This document shows positions 28,266 through 36,944 of a DNA stretch of 64,000 nucleotides, in pieces (positions within the stretch are counted from its first letter, which is position 1; every line of letters begins with the position of its first letter). The DNA comes from Alphaproteobacteria bacterium (GTDB taxonomy: Bacteria; Pseudomonadota; Alphaproteobacteria; Rickettsiales; SXRF01). Location: positions 83,790-147,789 of the forward strand of contig JAGVLO010000008.1 of assembly GCA_020049775.1 (NCBI GenBank), given 5' to 3'. The notes under the pieces are model-generated. The model saw nothing but the letters and a program-made list of their open reading frames with translations, searched no databases and had not been told where the DNA came from. Both the position numbers and the translations under genes were made by a program.

Positions 28266-29720
28266 CTATAGTTGAGGAGGCGTTTCTTTAGGTACACGGT
28301 TCTTGCGCAGCCTGTCCGCATGATTTTCAATAGCTCCGCTTTCCTCTTTTTTTCCAGCGGCGTTTACCAAGCGCGGACTTTCAAACCCCAGCTTTTTCAT
28401 GCCGGCCTGCACCTCCGGACAACTCATGAACAATGACCACAAAAGGCCGGAGCGGTGATTTTCGATCATTCCAACTATCGGCCCCTGATCGATTGCCAGA
28501 TATTCTTTTGAATACCAGCTACCATCTGAGCGAAAGGCGTCATAAAATCCAGACTCCCCCCAGATTTTGTCGCGCGGGCGCTCTTCATACAGGTGCCTCA
28601 GCACTTCCATGGAATATTCCGGCGTATAGGGAAATGACGACAACGCCGCCGTAGGCGCAATAATGCCCCGGTCATTGGTCGGTGAATGGTCGCTGTAGCT
28701 AATGTCACCCTTGCTTGATGTCAGCCCCCAGCATTTCGGGCCGTAACCTGTATGACCTTTCGGGTTGCGAATGCAATAAGCACGGTTGATGAGCGTGTGG
28801 TTTTTATTCTGTTCCAGATAATCGGCATATTTATCCTTGAGGCCATTGGGATCTAATCCCATAAAAGAATACTGCGACAGGAAAAGCGGGCCGCCCATAC
28901 GTGGGCCAAGCGGAAGCTTTATGCCTTCACAGGTTTGCGCAGTCGTGAAATCATTACCCGTGGCCCAGCCCTCATGATACACATCCGGCGACACGGGATG
29001 CGTGGGCGAGGACGCCGCCAGCACATGCGTAACCAGACTCTCGTTCCAACCCTTGATGGGTACGTTCATGCCCCATTCGTGATTCGGACTCCAGTGCCAG
29101 TACAGTTCTTTCGACTTCCCGTCCTTGGTGTGCCGCTGCCAGTTGACACGCTCCCATAGCTGGTTGATGTCATCGCGCAGCGCCTTCTCTTCAGGAGTTT
29201 GGCCGGAGAAATATTGCCGTGCCGTAAGCAGCCCCATCATCAGGAATGATGTTTCCACCAGATCCGCACCATCGTCTTTTGACCCGGGGTAGGCAAACGT
29301 CTTTCCGCTATTGCCATCCAGCCAGTGCGCAAACACGCCGTGGTAATGTTCAGCGCCTTTGAGAAAACCGACTATTTTTGCAATACGTTTCTGTACTTCC
29401 TCACGTCCAATCCACCCACGTGAAGCACCGGCAACCATGGCCATGACACCAAAACCGGTGCCGCCGGTGGTGACTATGTTTTTCCCGTAAACAGAATTGT
29501 CATCGCTGGTTTCGCGTGCCATGCCGCTCGCCGCCTGGCCATGCTCCCAGAAATACCGCAACGTCTGCTGCTGTACCTTGTCGAGCAATTGCGCATCGGT
29601 TAAACGTACTTCATCTGCCCGAGCGCCACCAATACCGACAGCAGTAAATGCTGCAAGACCCGCTGCCATGTCTTTTAAAAAGTCACGCCTGTTTTTTAAG
29701 GGGTTATTTGGTTCCGTCAT
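28266..29720 (-). CDS. Tat-secreted glucoamylase-like family protein (PF10091/GH144-like beta-glucanase candidate)
   Basis: Twin-arginine signal (NRRDFLKDMAAGLAAF). (alpha/alpha)6-type segments FWEHGQAASGMARE and GGTGFGVMAMV. Confidence 0.55.
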   Translation of the reverse strand: MTEPNNPLKNRRDFLKDMAAGLAAFTAVGIGGARADEVRLTDAQLLDKVQQQTLRYFWEHGQAASGMARETSDDNSVYGKNIVTTGGTGFGVMAMVAGASRGWIGREEVQKRIAKIVGFLKGAEHYHGVFAHWLDGNSGKTFAYPGSKDDGADLVETSFLMMGLLTARQYFSGQTPEEKALRDDINQLWERVNWQRHTKDGKSKELYWHWSPNHEWGMNVPIKGWNESLVTHVLAASSPTHPVSPDVYHEGWATGNDFTTAQTCEGIKLPLGPRMGGPLFLSQYSFMGLDPNGLKDKYADYLEQNKNHTLINRAYCIRNPKGHTGYGPKCWGLTSSKGDISYSDHSPTNDRGIIAPTAALSSFPYTPEYSMEVLRHLYEERPRDKIWGESGFYDAFRSDGSWYSKEYLAIDQGPIVGMIENHRSGLLWSLFMSCPEVQAGMKKLGFESPRLVNAAGKKEESGAIENHADRLRKNRVPKETPPQL

Positions 29721-29948
29721 GCGTCCCTGTTCTTATTGTCCGGTATGCCCCATGGGGGCATCAGACTTATTGTTTTTTAATTTTCATAGCATCTTGTGGT
29801 TGCACGATAAAGATTTTCACGTTATTAAGACAAAATTAATACTCCCAATGCAATATCTTGTAGGCTTTTAGAAATTAATGCACTATCGGTAAGGTCCTTG
29901 ACCGAATATAGTGCAATGCAGAAAAGATGATTTGTTAGGATATAACTT

Positions 29949-30476
29949 ATGTTGAACGCTAAAAACTCACTTGTTGGACTGTTCGCCCTGCTGGCTTCCG
30001 CCGCGGCAGCATTGCCCGCCCATGCCGGTGATTATATGTCCATTAACATCGGCAAGTTCGATGCCTTTGATGACACACATGACGCCACCCAGTTTGGCGC
30101 GGAATACCGTGGTGAATATCTCGGTTATAATATCCGCCCCATCGCTGGCGGTTTTTTCACCAGCGAAGGCAGTGTTTATGGTTATGCCGGCCTTAACTGG
30201 GATGTAGAAATACTCCCGCAGCAGCTCTACATTATCCCCAACTTTGCGATCGGCGCCTATAGTGAAGGTGATGACGGCAAAGACCTTGGCGGCACTCTTG
30301 AATTCCGTTCGGGCATCGAACTGGCCTACCAGTTCCCCAATGCCCACCAGCTTGGCGTGGCACTGAACCACATTTCAAACGCCAGCATATATGATCGCAA
30401 CCCCGGTGAGGAAACCCTGATGATTACGTATTCAGTACCGCTGAATACCGTCAGCAACCTTATCGGCGGTCACTGA
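29949..30476 (+). CDS. acyloxyacyl hydrolase (PagL-like lipid A deacylase)
   Basis: Signal peptide on a small beta-barrel of 175 aa. HISNAS and a C-terminal segment match the PagL His/Ser active-site pattern. Confidence 0.65.
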   Translation: MLNAKNSLVGLFALLASAAAALPAHAGDYMSINIGKFDAFDDTHDATQFGAEYRGEYLGYNIRPIAGGFFTSEGSVYGYAGLNWDVEILPQQLYIIPNFAIGAYSEGDDGKDLGGTLEFRSGIELAYQFPNAHQLGVALNHISNASIYDRNPGEETLMITYSVPLNTVSNLIGGH

Positions 30477-30502
30477 GTTTACCCCTCCCGCTCTAAACTC
30501 AA

Positions 30503-30532
30503 ATGCCCGGGTAACTCCGGGCATTTTTTTTA
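30503..30532. terminator. bidirectional intrinsic terminator between the pagL-like gene and aceB
   Basis: ATGCCCGG-GTAACT-CCGGGCAT stem-loop, flanked by an A-run upstream and T8 downstream. Sits between convergent genes. Confidence 0.6.
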
Positions 30533-30534
30533 AC

Positions 30535-32169
30535 TCAGGCCAGTTGCTGGTAGCCCGAGAGCGTCAGAAATTCGGCAAACTCATCTTTTGACACCAGCTC
30601 CGTTACCATCGCCGCCGCCTTGTCATATGGCAGTGCTTTGCCGTGCTGGTCATGTATTTTCTTCAGCTCTTCAGCAAGCAGCTGCTTATAGAGGTCCGTC
30701 GTCACCTGACGACCATCATCCAGCTTGCAGCCATGGTGAATCCACTGCCAGATTTGCGAACGTGCAATTTCCGCCGTCGCCGCATCTTCCATCAGGTTGA
30801 AGATAGGCACGCAGCCCTGCCCGTTCAGCCATGATGCCATATATTGCACCGACACGCTGATATTGTTGCGCAGGCCTGCTTCCGTAATGCTGCCCTGCGG
30901 CACGGCCAGCAAGTCTTTGGCCGTCACGTTCACATCATCGCGCTGGCGTGCCACCTGGTTAGGGCCTTTCATCAGGCGGTCGAACACTTCCATCGCCACC
31001 GGCACCAGCGCCGGATGTGCCACCCATGTGCCGTCATGACCGTCACCGGCTTCGCGCTCTTTGTCCGTGCGCACAGCCATAAATGCCTTGTCATTGGCTG
31101 CTTCATCGCCTTTTACAGGAATGAAGGCCGCCATTCCGCCCATGGCAAATGCGCCGCGGCGGTGGCAGGTTTTGATAAGTAGCTGTGAATAGCTGCGCAG
31201 GAAATGCGTGGTCATAGTAACCTGCGCGCGTTCCGGCATGGCAAAAGCCTTATGCTTGTGGAATTTTTTGATGAAGCTGAAAATATAATCCCAGCGGCCG
31301 CAATTCAGGCCCACACAGTAGTCTTTCAGAGCATGTAGTATTTCATCCATCTCGAAAGTGGCTAGAATCGTTTCAATCAATACGGTTGCCTTAATCGTGC
31401 CTTTGGGCAGGCCTACGCGTTCTTCCGAGAACGCGAAAACGTCTGCCCACAGCGCTGCCTCTTCGTGGCTTTCCAGTTTGGGAATGTAAAAATATGGGCC
31501 GCTGCCACGCGCAAGCAGCTGCTTGCTGTTGAGGTAAAAATAAATACCAAAATCAAACAACGAACCGGATATCGGCTTGCCCTTGTAAAGCACGTGCTTT
31601 TCTTCCAAATGCCAGCCGCGCGGGCGTACAATGAGTGTGGCGATGGTTTTGTTCAGCGCGTATTGTTTTCCTTCCGGACTGGTGTAGCTAATGTTGCCGT
31701 TGGCATAGTCGCGCATGTTGACCTGCCCATCCATGATGCCATCCCATGTCGGCGACTGCGAATCCTCAAAATCGGCCATAAATACCTTGGCACCGGAATT
31801 CAGCGCGTTGATGACCATCTTGCGGTCCACCGGCCCTGTGATTTCCACGCGGCGGTCTTGCAGTGCTGCTGGAATCGGCGCAACTTTCCAGTCAGCTTCG
31901 CGGATGGATTTTGTCTGCGGCAGGAAATCGGGGAATTCGCCTGCATCAATACGCTTTTGACGGTCACGGCGCTTTGCCAGTAGTGTGCTGCGGTGTTCTG
32001 AAAAACGCTCGATCAAATCCCCTACAAACGCGGTAACTTCCGGCGTTAATATTGCTTCATATTCCGGCTTCATGTTGCCAGTGATTTTAAGGGTGTCGTT
32101 CACTGCGCGTGCGGCTTCTGCCATAACCACTCCTGATTGTGTTTGGGACATGCATATTGGCACAGTCAT
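30535..32169 (-). CDS. aceB: malate synthase A
   Basis: A-type length (about 540 aa). Conserved VEITGP, MADFEDS, IRPRGWHL, YFYIPKLE and LNCGRWDY segments. Confidence 0.9.
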   Translation of the reverse strand: MTVPICMSQTQSGVVMAEAARAVNDTLKITGNMKPEYEAILTPEVTAFVGDLIERFSEHRSTLLAKRRDRQKRIDAGEFPDFLPQTKSIREADWKVAPIPAALQDRRVEITGPVDRKMVINALNSGAKVFMADFEDSQSPTWDGIMDGQVNMRDYANGNISYTSPEGKQYALNKTIATLIVRPRGWHLEEKHVLYKGKPISGSLFDFGIYFYLNSKQLLARGSGPYFYIPKLESHEEAALWADVFAFSEERVGLPKGTIKATVLIETILATFEMDEILHALKDYCVGLNCGRWDYIFSFIKKFHKHKAFAMPERAQVTMTTHFLRSYSQLLIKTCHRRGAFAMGGMAAFIPVKGDEAANDKAFMAVRTDKEREAGDGHDGTWVAHPALVPVAMEVFDRLMKGPNQVARQRDDVNVTAKDLLAVPQGSITEAGLRNNISVSVQYMASWLNGQGCVPIFNLMEDAATAEIARSQIWQWIHHGCKLDDGRQVTTDLYKQLLAEELKKIHDQHGKALPYDKAAAMVTELVSKDEFAEFLTLSGYQQLA

Positions 32170-32252
32170 AGCGGATTTACCTGCTATTGCGCAATTCTTA
32201 AAATTTCTCTGTAAATCGCTAATTACGCTAGGCCGCCGCAGTCTTGTAGTAA

Positions 32253-33119
32253 TTAGTTGAAGCGGAAACGCAGGATACAGGCCGGAGCATTACCGCCTGT
32301 ATTAAGACCGCGGTTATAGGTATTGACCGGGTCAACACCGCTAGAGCCGGTGGTTGCGCAATCGCCGGGCTGCGGATTGCTGGAAGAGGACCATGTCGTG
32401 CCGTCAGTAAAGGCGGAAGTGCCGCTGGCCGCCGTGCCGCGCGCCTGCACCGTGCCGGTGAGTGGCAAGCCGTCATCCAGCTTAACGTCAATATTATAGG
32501 CCTGAATCGGCGTCAGGTTCATGTTCAACTGATACGCGCCGGACGATGCGGAAGTGCCGGTGATACCGGCCAGAAGATAGTAGTTGAGGCCACCGGTTGA
32601 ACCTACCGTTATATAATTGCCGCGACCAAGCTTGGCCGGCGGCATAACCGTGGACACAGTGCTGGTAGTAGTCGCTATGGGCGACGCGGAATCGATGCCG
32701 GTAAAGCTGCCATCCACCAGATTGGCGACAGAAAGATCATTCCAGAACAGCGCCGGTTCCTGCCCAAACACAGTACCCGAGCCTGTGGAAGTATCAATCA
32801 ACCCGTTGCCGTCACCGCGGCCGGGGCTGCCTGTGCGCGTAACAAAGCCAAAGGCATTGGCATTATCAGCCGTAAGATCGCCGGGCATACCGTTATATTT
32901 GGTGCGGAAGGTATTGACCGATGCATTGTATTTTTCCACCTGGCTGATGGTGGCGCGGATCTCCGCTGCTTTAATCAAATCCTGCCCCACGAGGACGCCA
33001 CCGACGATAAGGCCGATAATCACCAGCACGATGGATAATTCGATGAGGGTAAAACCCTGCTGACGGCGCTTTGATTGGGTGCGGAATTTCATAGGCACAA
33101 ACAGCTCCTGATTTTTCAT
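32253..33119 (-). CDS. prepilin-type N-terminal cleavage/methylation domain protein (pilin/pseudopilin-like)
   Basis: KRRQQG|FTLIELSIVLVIIGLIVGG class III signal. Gly/Thr/Ser-rich body with a C-terminal Cys pair. Start is either 33119 or 33092. Confidence 0.75.
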   Translation of the reverse strand: MKNQELFVPMKFRTQSKRRQQGFTLIELSIVLVIIGLIVGGVLVGQDLIKAAEIRATISQVEKYNASVNTFRTKYNGMPGDLTADNANAFGFVTRTGSPGRGDGNGLIDTSTGSGTVFGQEPALFWNDLSVANLVDGSFTGIDSASPIATTTSTVSTVMPPAKLGRGNYITVGSTGGLNYYLLAGITGTSASSGAYQLNMNLTPIQAYNIDVKLDDGLPLTGTVQARGTAASGTSAFTDGTTWSSSSNPQPGDCATTGSSGVDPVNTYNRGLNTGGNAPACILRFRFN

Positions 33120-33186
33120 AGCTACAACCTGCGAAGACTAGCAAGCAAACCTTACTAAAAGGTTACAAACCAGTTTTTGCAATGGC

Positions 33187-33750
33187 TTAATTTGAAGCCG
33201 CTTCTTTGCTCTGCGCGTCTGACTTTTCAGCTTCCTGCTTGATGGAGACAGTCGCGGCGTCAAGATGTGTCTGCGTGCATAGACCAAGCAGCACAGGATC
33301 ACGCGGTTTGATATTGCCGCTGTTCCAGTGTGTTTTGGTGCGCACCGCCTGAATGGTGTTTTTGGTTGTGCCAATCAGCTTGGCAATCTGCGCATCGGTC
33401 ATGGTAGGGAAGTTTTTGATAAGCCATGCAATCGCGTCCGGCTTGTCCTGACGGCGTGCCACTGGAGTGTAACGGCTGCCTTTGGTTTTCTGCATGATGT
33501 ACTGTTTTGCTGTACTCTTTATTTCGAGCGACAGTTTGGCGTCTGCCTCGCAACGCTTGATTTCGTCCATGGTCAGCTGGCCGCTGGCAACCGGGTCAAC
33601 GCCACGGATACCGCCGGATACTTCACCATCGGCAATACCCTGTACTTCCAGCGGGTGCAGGCCGCAGAACTGGGCAATCTGTTCAAAGCTCAGTGCCGTA
33701 TTTTCAACCAGCCATACTGCGGTTGCTTTAGGCATCAATGGCAATGTCAT
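33187..33750 (-). CDS. trcR: DUF1013 protein (TrcR-type cell-cycle transcriptional regulator)
   Basis: MTLPLMPKATAVWLVENTALSFEQIAQFCGLHPLEVQGIADGEV is the conserved DUF1013 N-terminus. I use the ATG at 33750 rather than the track's upstream start at 33882. Confidence 0.8.
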   Translation of the reverse strand: MTLPLMPKATAVWLVENTALSFEQIAQFCGLHPLEVQGIADGEVSGGIRGVDPVASGQLTMDEIKRCEADAKLSLEIKSTAKQYIMQKTKGSRYTPVARRQDKPDAIAWLIKNFPTMTDAQIAKLIGTTKNTIQAVRTKTHWNSGNIKPRDPVLLGLCTQTHLDAATVSIKQEAEKSDAQSKEAASN

Positions 33751-34063
33751 GGGCGTAATCCTTGTGATTCGTAAATAATGCAGGAGGACTGGTTTAGTGG
33801 TTTTGCGCGAATATTCAAGCCTTTTCCGCCCCAAAACAGCAAAAATGCCGTTTTTCACAGGGTTAAGAACACCCTCTGCCATAGAACTTAAGATATTGAT
33901 TATAAATTATTATGCCTATATTAAATTTTTGTTTCACAAGGTCGCAAGCCTTGTTGCACTTCCAATTTTGCGCTATATTTATAGTGATTTACCTTTCTGC
34001 GGTTATTTCTGTAACCCCAGCAAGGTTACAGACTGCCGAAAGGAAGTCGTTAGGAGGACAGCA

Positions 34064-34363
34064 ATGTCCCTCGAACAGACCAAGGCGCTGTACATCAGCA
34101 TCGAGAACGCCGCGAGCCAGCTGGGGATCGACCTCGGCAAGCTCAAGGCGCAGCTCCAGACGCAGCACATCCACACCTCGCGGAAGAAGTTCTTCGAGGG
34201 CGGTCAGGAGGTGATGCGCTGGGCGATCCTGCGCTCCGACTTCCAGAAGATGGTGGCGGCGCAGCAGGCGGAGAAGTACTCGATGAAGACGGGGTTCGAG
34301 AAGCCCCCCACCCGCCAGACGAAGAACGGCGTCAAGCCGAGCACGAAACTGACGGGCGAGTGA
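34064..34363 (+). CDS. 99-aa excisionase/AlpA-like HTH protein with a basic tail, encoded with foreign (very high GC3) codon usage
   Basis: AGGAGG at 34052-34057, 6 nt before the ATG. 96 of 99 sense codons end in G/C. HTH-like YISIENAASQLGIDLGKLKAQL plus RWAILRSDFQKMV wing-like segment. A terminator follows at 34391-34442. Confidence 0.6.
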   Translation: MSLEQTKALYISIENAASQLGIDLGKLKAQLQTQHIHTSRKKFFEGGQEVMRWAILRSDFQKMVAAQQAEKYSMKTGFEKPPTRQTKNGVKPSTKLTGE

Positions 34364-34390
34364 TGTAACAGTCGCGTCTGAATCGTAAAA

Positions 34391-34442
34391 ACACCTGCCC
34401 AGCGGCGCGCGCAAGCGTAGCCTCTGGGCGGGTGTTTTATTT
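34391..34442 (+). terminator. intrinsic terminator of the 34064..34363 mini-gene
   Basis: 11-bp stem ACACCTGCCCA / TGGGCGGGTGT (one G-U pair) with a GC-rich 23-nt loop, followed by TTTATTT. Confidence 0.5.
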
Positions 34443-34483
34443 AGGGCTTCTTTTTTCATCGCCGTTTACATACACTCTCCGCC

Positions 34484-35266
34484 ATGACCACATCCTACGA
34501 AACATTACTCGTCAGCCAGCCGGAAAAATTCATTACGTTGGTGACGCTCAATCGCCCCGACGCCGCCAATGCGCTGAATAAGCGCATGGGAATGGATTTG
34601 ATGGCCTGTTTTTCCTCGCTGCCTGTTGATTGCCGCGCGGTCATTATCACCGGACAAGGCAAACATTTTTGCGCTGGCGCCGACCTCAAGGAACGCAAAG
34701 GCATGACCGAAGCGCAATGGCACGAACAGCACCATGCGTTTGAAGCAGCGCTCTACGCCATACTCGGATGCTCCGTACCAGTGATTGCCGCCGTAAACGG
34801 TGCAGCCTTCGGCGGCGGACTGGAACTCGCGCTGGCCTGCGATTTTATTTATGCGTCCGACACGGCACGTTTTGCACTCACCGAAACCACACTGGGCATC
34901 ATCCCCGGCATGGGCGGCACACAAAACCTGCCACGCGCCATTGGTATCCGCCGCGCCAAGGAATTACTATTTACCGGAAAAGCACTCAGCGCAGCCGAGG
35001 CCCATGGCTGGGGCATGGTCAATAAATTGTGCAGTGCGGAATCATTGATGACGGATGCCACTGCCTGCGCACGCACTATCTCCACCAACGCGCCACTGGC
35101 GGTCAGAGCCACTAAACAGGCAGCGCAGCAAGGCCTTAACCTGCCCCTGCCAGAGGCCATAAAATGTGAGTTGACGTATTACAATAAACTTCTTACAACC
35201 AACGATAGGTATGAGGGCATTAACGCTTTCAATGAAAAACGAAAACCGACCTTTACCGGAGAATAG
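34484..35266 (+). CDS. enoyl-CoA hydratase/isomerase (crotonase) family protein
   Basis: FCAGADLKE...AAVNGAAFGGGLELALACDF...E..LGIIPG.GGTQ are crotonase signatures. Confidence 0.85.
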   Translation: MTTSYETLLVSQPEKFITLVTLNRPDAANALNKRMGMDLMACFSSLPVDCRAVIITGQGKHFCAGADLKERKGMTEAQWHEQHHAFEAALYAILGCSVPVIAAVNGAAFGGGLELALACDFIYASDTARFALTETTLGIIPGMGGTQNLPRAIGIRRAKELLFTGKALSAAEAHGWGMVNKLCSAESLMTDATACARTISTNAPLAVRATKQAAQQGLNLPLPEAIKCELTYYNKLLTTNDRYEGINAFNEKRKPTFTGE

Positions 35267-35316
35267 AAAACAGGGATAATATAACTTCGGCCTTTTGAAA
35301 TACATGGTGCAGCACA

Positions 35317-36357
35317 ATGCCACAAAAACCGGCTTCCGGAAGTAAGAACAGTTCAGGTAACAAGTCCATCTCGCTCGCCCTGCAGGGCGGCGGTGCCCAT
35401 GCTGCATTTACATGGGGTGTCGTTGACCAGCTGCTGCTCGACGGACGGCTGGACATCAAAGCCATCAGCGCCACCAGCAGCGGCGCTATTCTTGCTGCCG
35501 TACTCGCACAAGGCCTGCATGACGGCGGCAACGAAGGCGCGCGTGACGCATTGCTGAAATTCTGGCGCAAGATAAGTATTGCCTCCAGCCTGATGCCGCT
35601 GCGCATGAATGTTGTGGATAAGTTCCTCGGCCATGTCGGTATCGATTTGTCAGCCTCGTCCATGGCGCTCGATTACCTGACCAAGATTTTTTCGCCCTAC
35701 CAGTTCAACCTGTTCGACATCAACCCGCTGCGCGGCATTGTCGAAGAGGTGGTGGATTTTAATGTACTGAATAAAAAAAGCCCTGTGGGGCTGTATATCA
35801 ACGCTACCAATGCCCGCACCGGCAAAAGCAGGATCTTTGAGCCCGGTGATTTGTCGCTGGATGCGTTGATGGCGTCGTCCTGCCTGCCCTTTATTTTTAA
35901 GACAGTAGAAATTGACGGCGAACCCTACTGGGATGGCAGCTTCTCCGGCTGCCCAGCGCTGGCCCCGCTCATCAACCATGATGAACCGGGTGATATTGTG
36001 CTGATACAAATCCACCCGTCATTTGTCGATGAAACGCCGACCACTGCGGCAGACATTCTTGACCGCGCTACCGAAATAAGTTTTCACTCCGTGCTACTGC
36101 ATGAAATGAAAACCATCGAACTCTATAACGGTATGATTGAAAGCGGCGCGCTCGACCAGAATCCGGTATTCCTGCACCGCATCGAGGCGCAGGACATGCT
36201 GACGAGCCTGGGCCGCGCCAGCAAGCTGAAAGCCGACTGGGACTTCCTTATCTACCTGCATGACATCGGCGTGCAGACAGCCACTGACTGGCTGAACAAC
36301 AACTTTGACCAGTTAGGAAAAAGTTCGTCGCTGGATATCCGCGCACTCGTCGCCTAA
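35317..36357 (+). CDS. patatin-like phospholipase family protein
   Basis: LALQGGGAHAAFTWGVV oxyanion motif, GTSSG-like nucleophile elbow (SATSSGA), and the DGS/DGG Asp of the dyad (WDGSF). Confidence 0.85.
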   Translation: MPQKPASGSKNSSGNKSISLALQGGGAHAAFTWGVVDQLLLDGRLDIKAISATSSGAILAAVLAQGLHDGGNEGARDALLKFWRKISIASSLMPLRMNVVDKFLGHVGIDLSASSMALDYLTKIFSPYQFNLFDINPLRGIVEEVVDFNVLNKKSPVGLYINATNARTGKSRIFEPGDLSLDALMASSCLPFIFKTVEIDGEPYWDGSFSGCPALAPLINHDEPGDIVLIQIHPSFVDETPTTAADILDRATEISFHSVLLHEMKTIELYNGMIESGALDQNPVFLHRIEAQDMLTSLGRASKLKADWDFLIYLHDIGVQTATDWLNNNFDQLGKSSSLDIRALVA

Positions 36358-36362
36358 AATTA

Positions 36363-36944
36363 TTACTGCTGCTCTACCGGCACCGGTACCGGCAGGTGGA
36401 TTTTGCAATCCAGTTTTTCTATTTTCGCAGAACCACTGAAATTAAGCTTCACTTCGCACACCGCTTCATACAAAAAACGTACGCGCATCTGCTTGGCCAC
36501 AAAGCGCGACTCGCCCTCGGCACTGCCCACCGACGCCAGCACAACATCTGCCGACTGCCAGTCGTCACTCATCTTGAAGTCCGAAACACCCACGCCAAAA
36601 TTATATTTCTTCAACGAGTAAAGAATATTGCCGAGATACGAAGTAAATAGGGGCTTTCCGAATTCATGCACCACCGCTGTTTTCTTGGTGAGATACTCCA
36701 CCTTGTCTTCTTCTTCCGGTTGCGCATAGCTGACATCGAGCTTTATGTGTGCATTATCTGCAAAATACGACATCACATTATCGCGTATCTGCAAATAATC
36801 GGCAGTGGCAACAAGGTTGGCGATATCCTGCAACCGCGACTCCATGTTGCGGCGCTGTACACCCGGCGGGTAACCGAAATAAAAATACAGGGCAACCAGC
36901 ACAACGATGCCTGCGAATAATTTAATCCAGAGTGGTTTCATCAA
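36363..36944 (-). CDS. hypothetical N-terminally membrane-anchored protein
   Basis: Single N-terminal TM helix ([19 protein letters not shown]). Start overlaps the gcdH stop by 4 nt, which suggests co-transcription. No family recognised. Confidence 0.5.
   Translation of the reverse strand: MMKPLWIKLFAGIVVLVALYFYFGYPPGVQRRNMESRLQDIANLVATADYLQIRDNVMSYFADNAHIKLDVSYAQPEEEDKVEYLTKKTAVVHEFGKPLFTSYLGNILYSLKKYNFGVGVSDFKMSDDWQSADVVLASVGSAEGESRFVAKQMRVRFLYEAVCEVKLNFSGSAKIEKLDCKIHLPVPVPVEQQ

Noticed and set aside
33797-34063. Upstream extension of the ORF-track entry 33797..34363 (188 aa)
   Set aside because: The extension starts at a non-ATG codon inside the AT-rich trcR upstream region and has completely different composition. 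The AGGAGG-ATG at 34052-34066 marks the real start.
33989-34459. 156-aa Arg/Leu-rich ORF on the minus strand covering the GC-rich mini-gene
   Set aside because: It is an antisense shadow of a ~97% GC3 gene, because stop codons are depleted on the complementary frame. It has no RBS, its composition is Arg/Leu/His-rich junk, and it runs through the plus-strand terminator.
35317-36357. Patatin-like phospholipase as a possible CBASS/defence effector
   Set aside because: No cyclase, nucleotidyltransferase, sensor or other defence partner is adjacent. It sits among fatty-acid and amino-acid catabolism genes (crotonase, gcdH), so a housekeeping lipase role is more likely.
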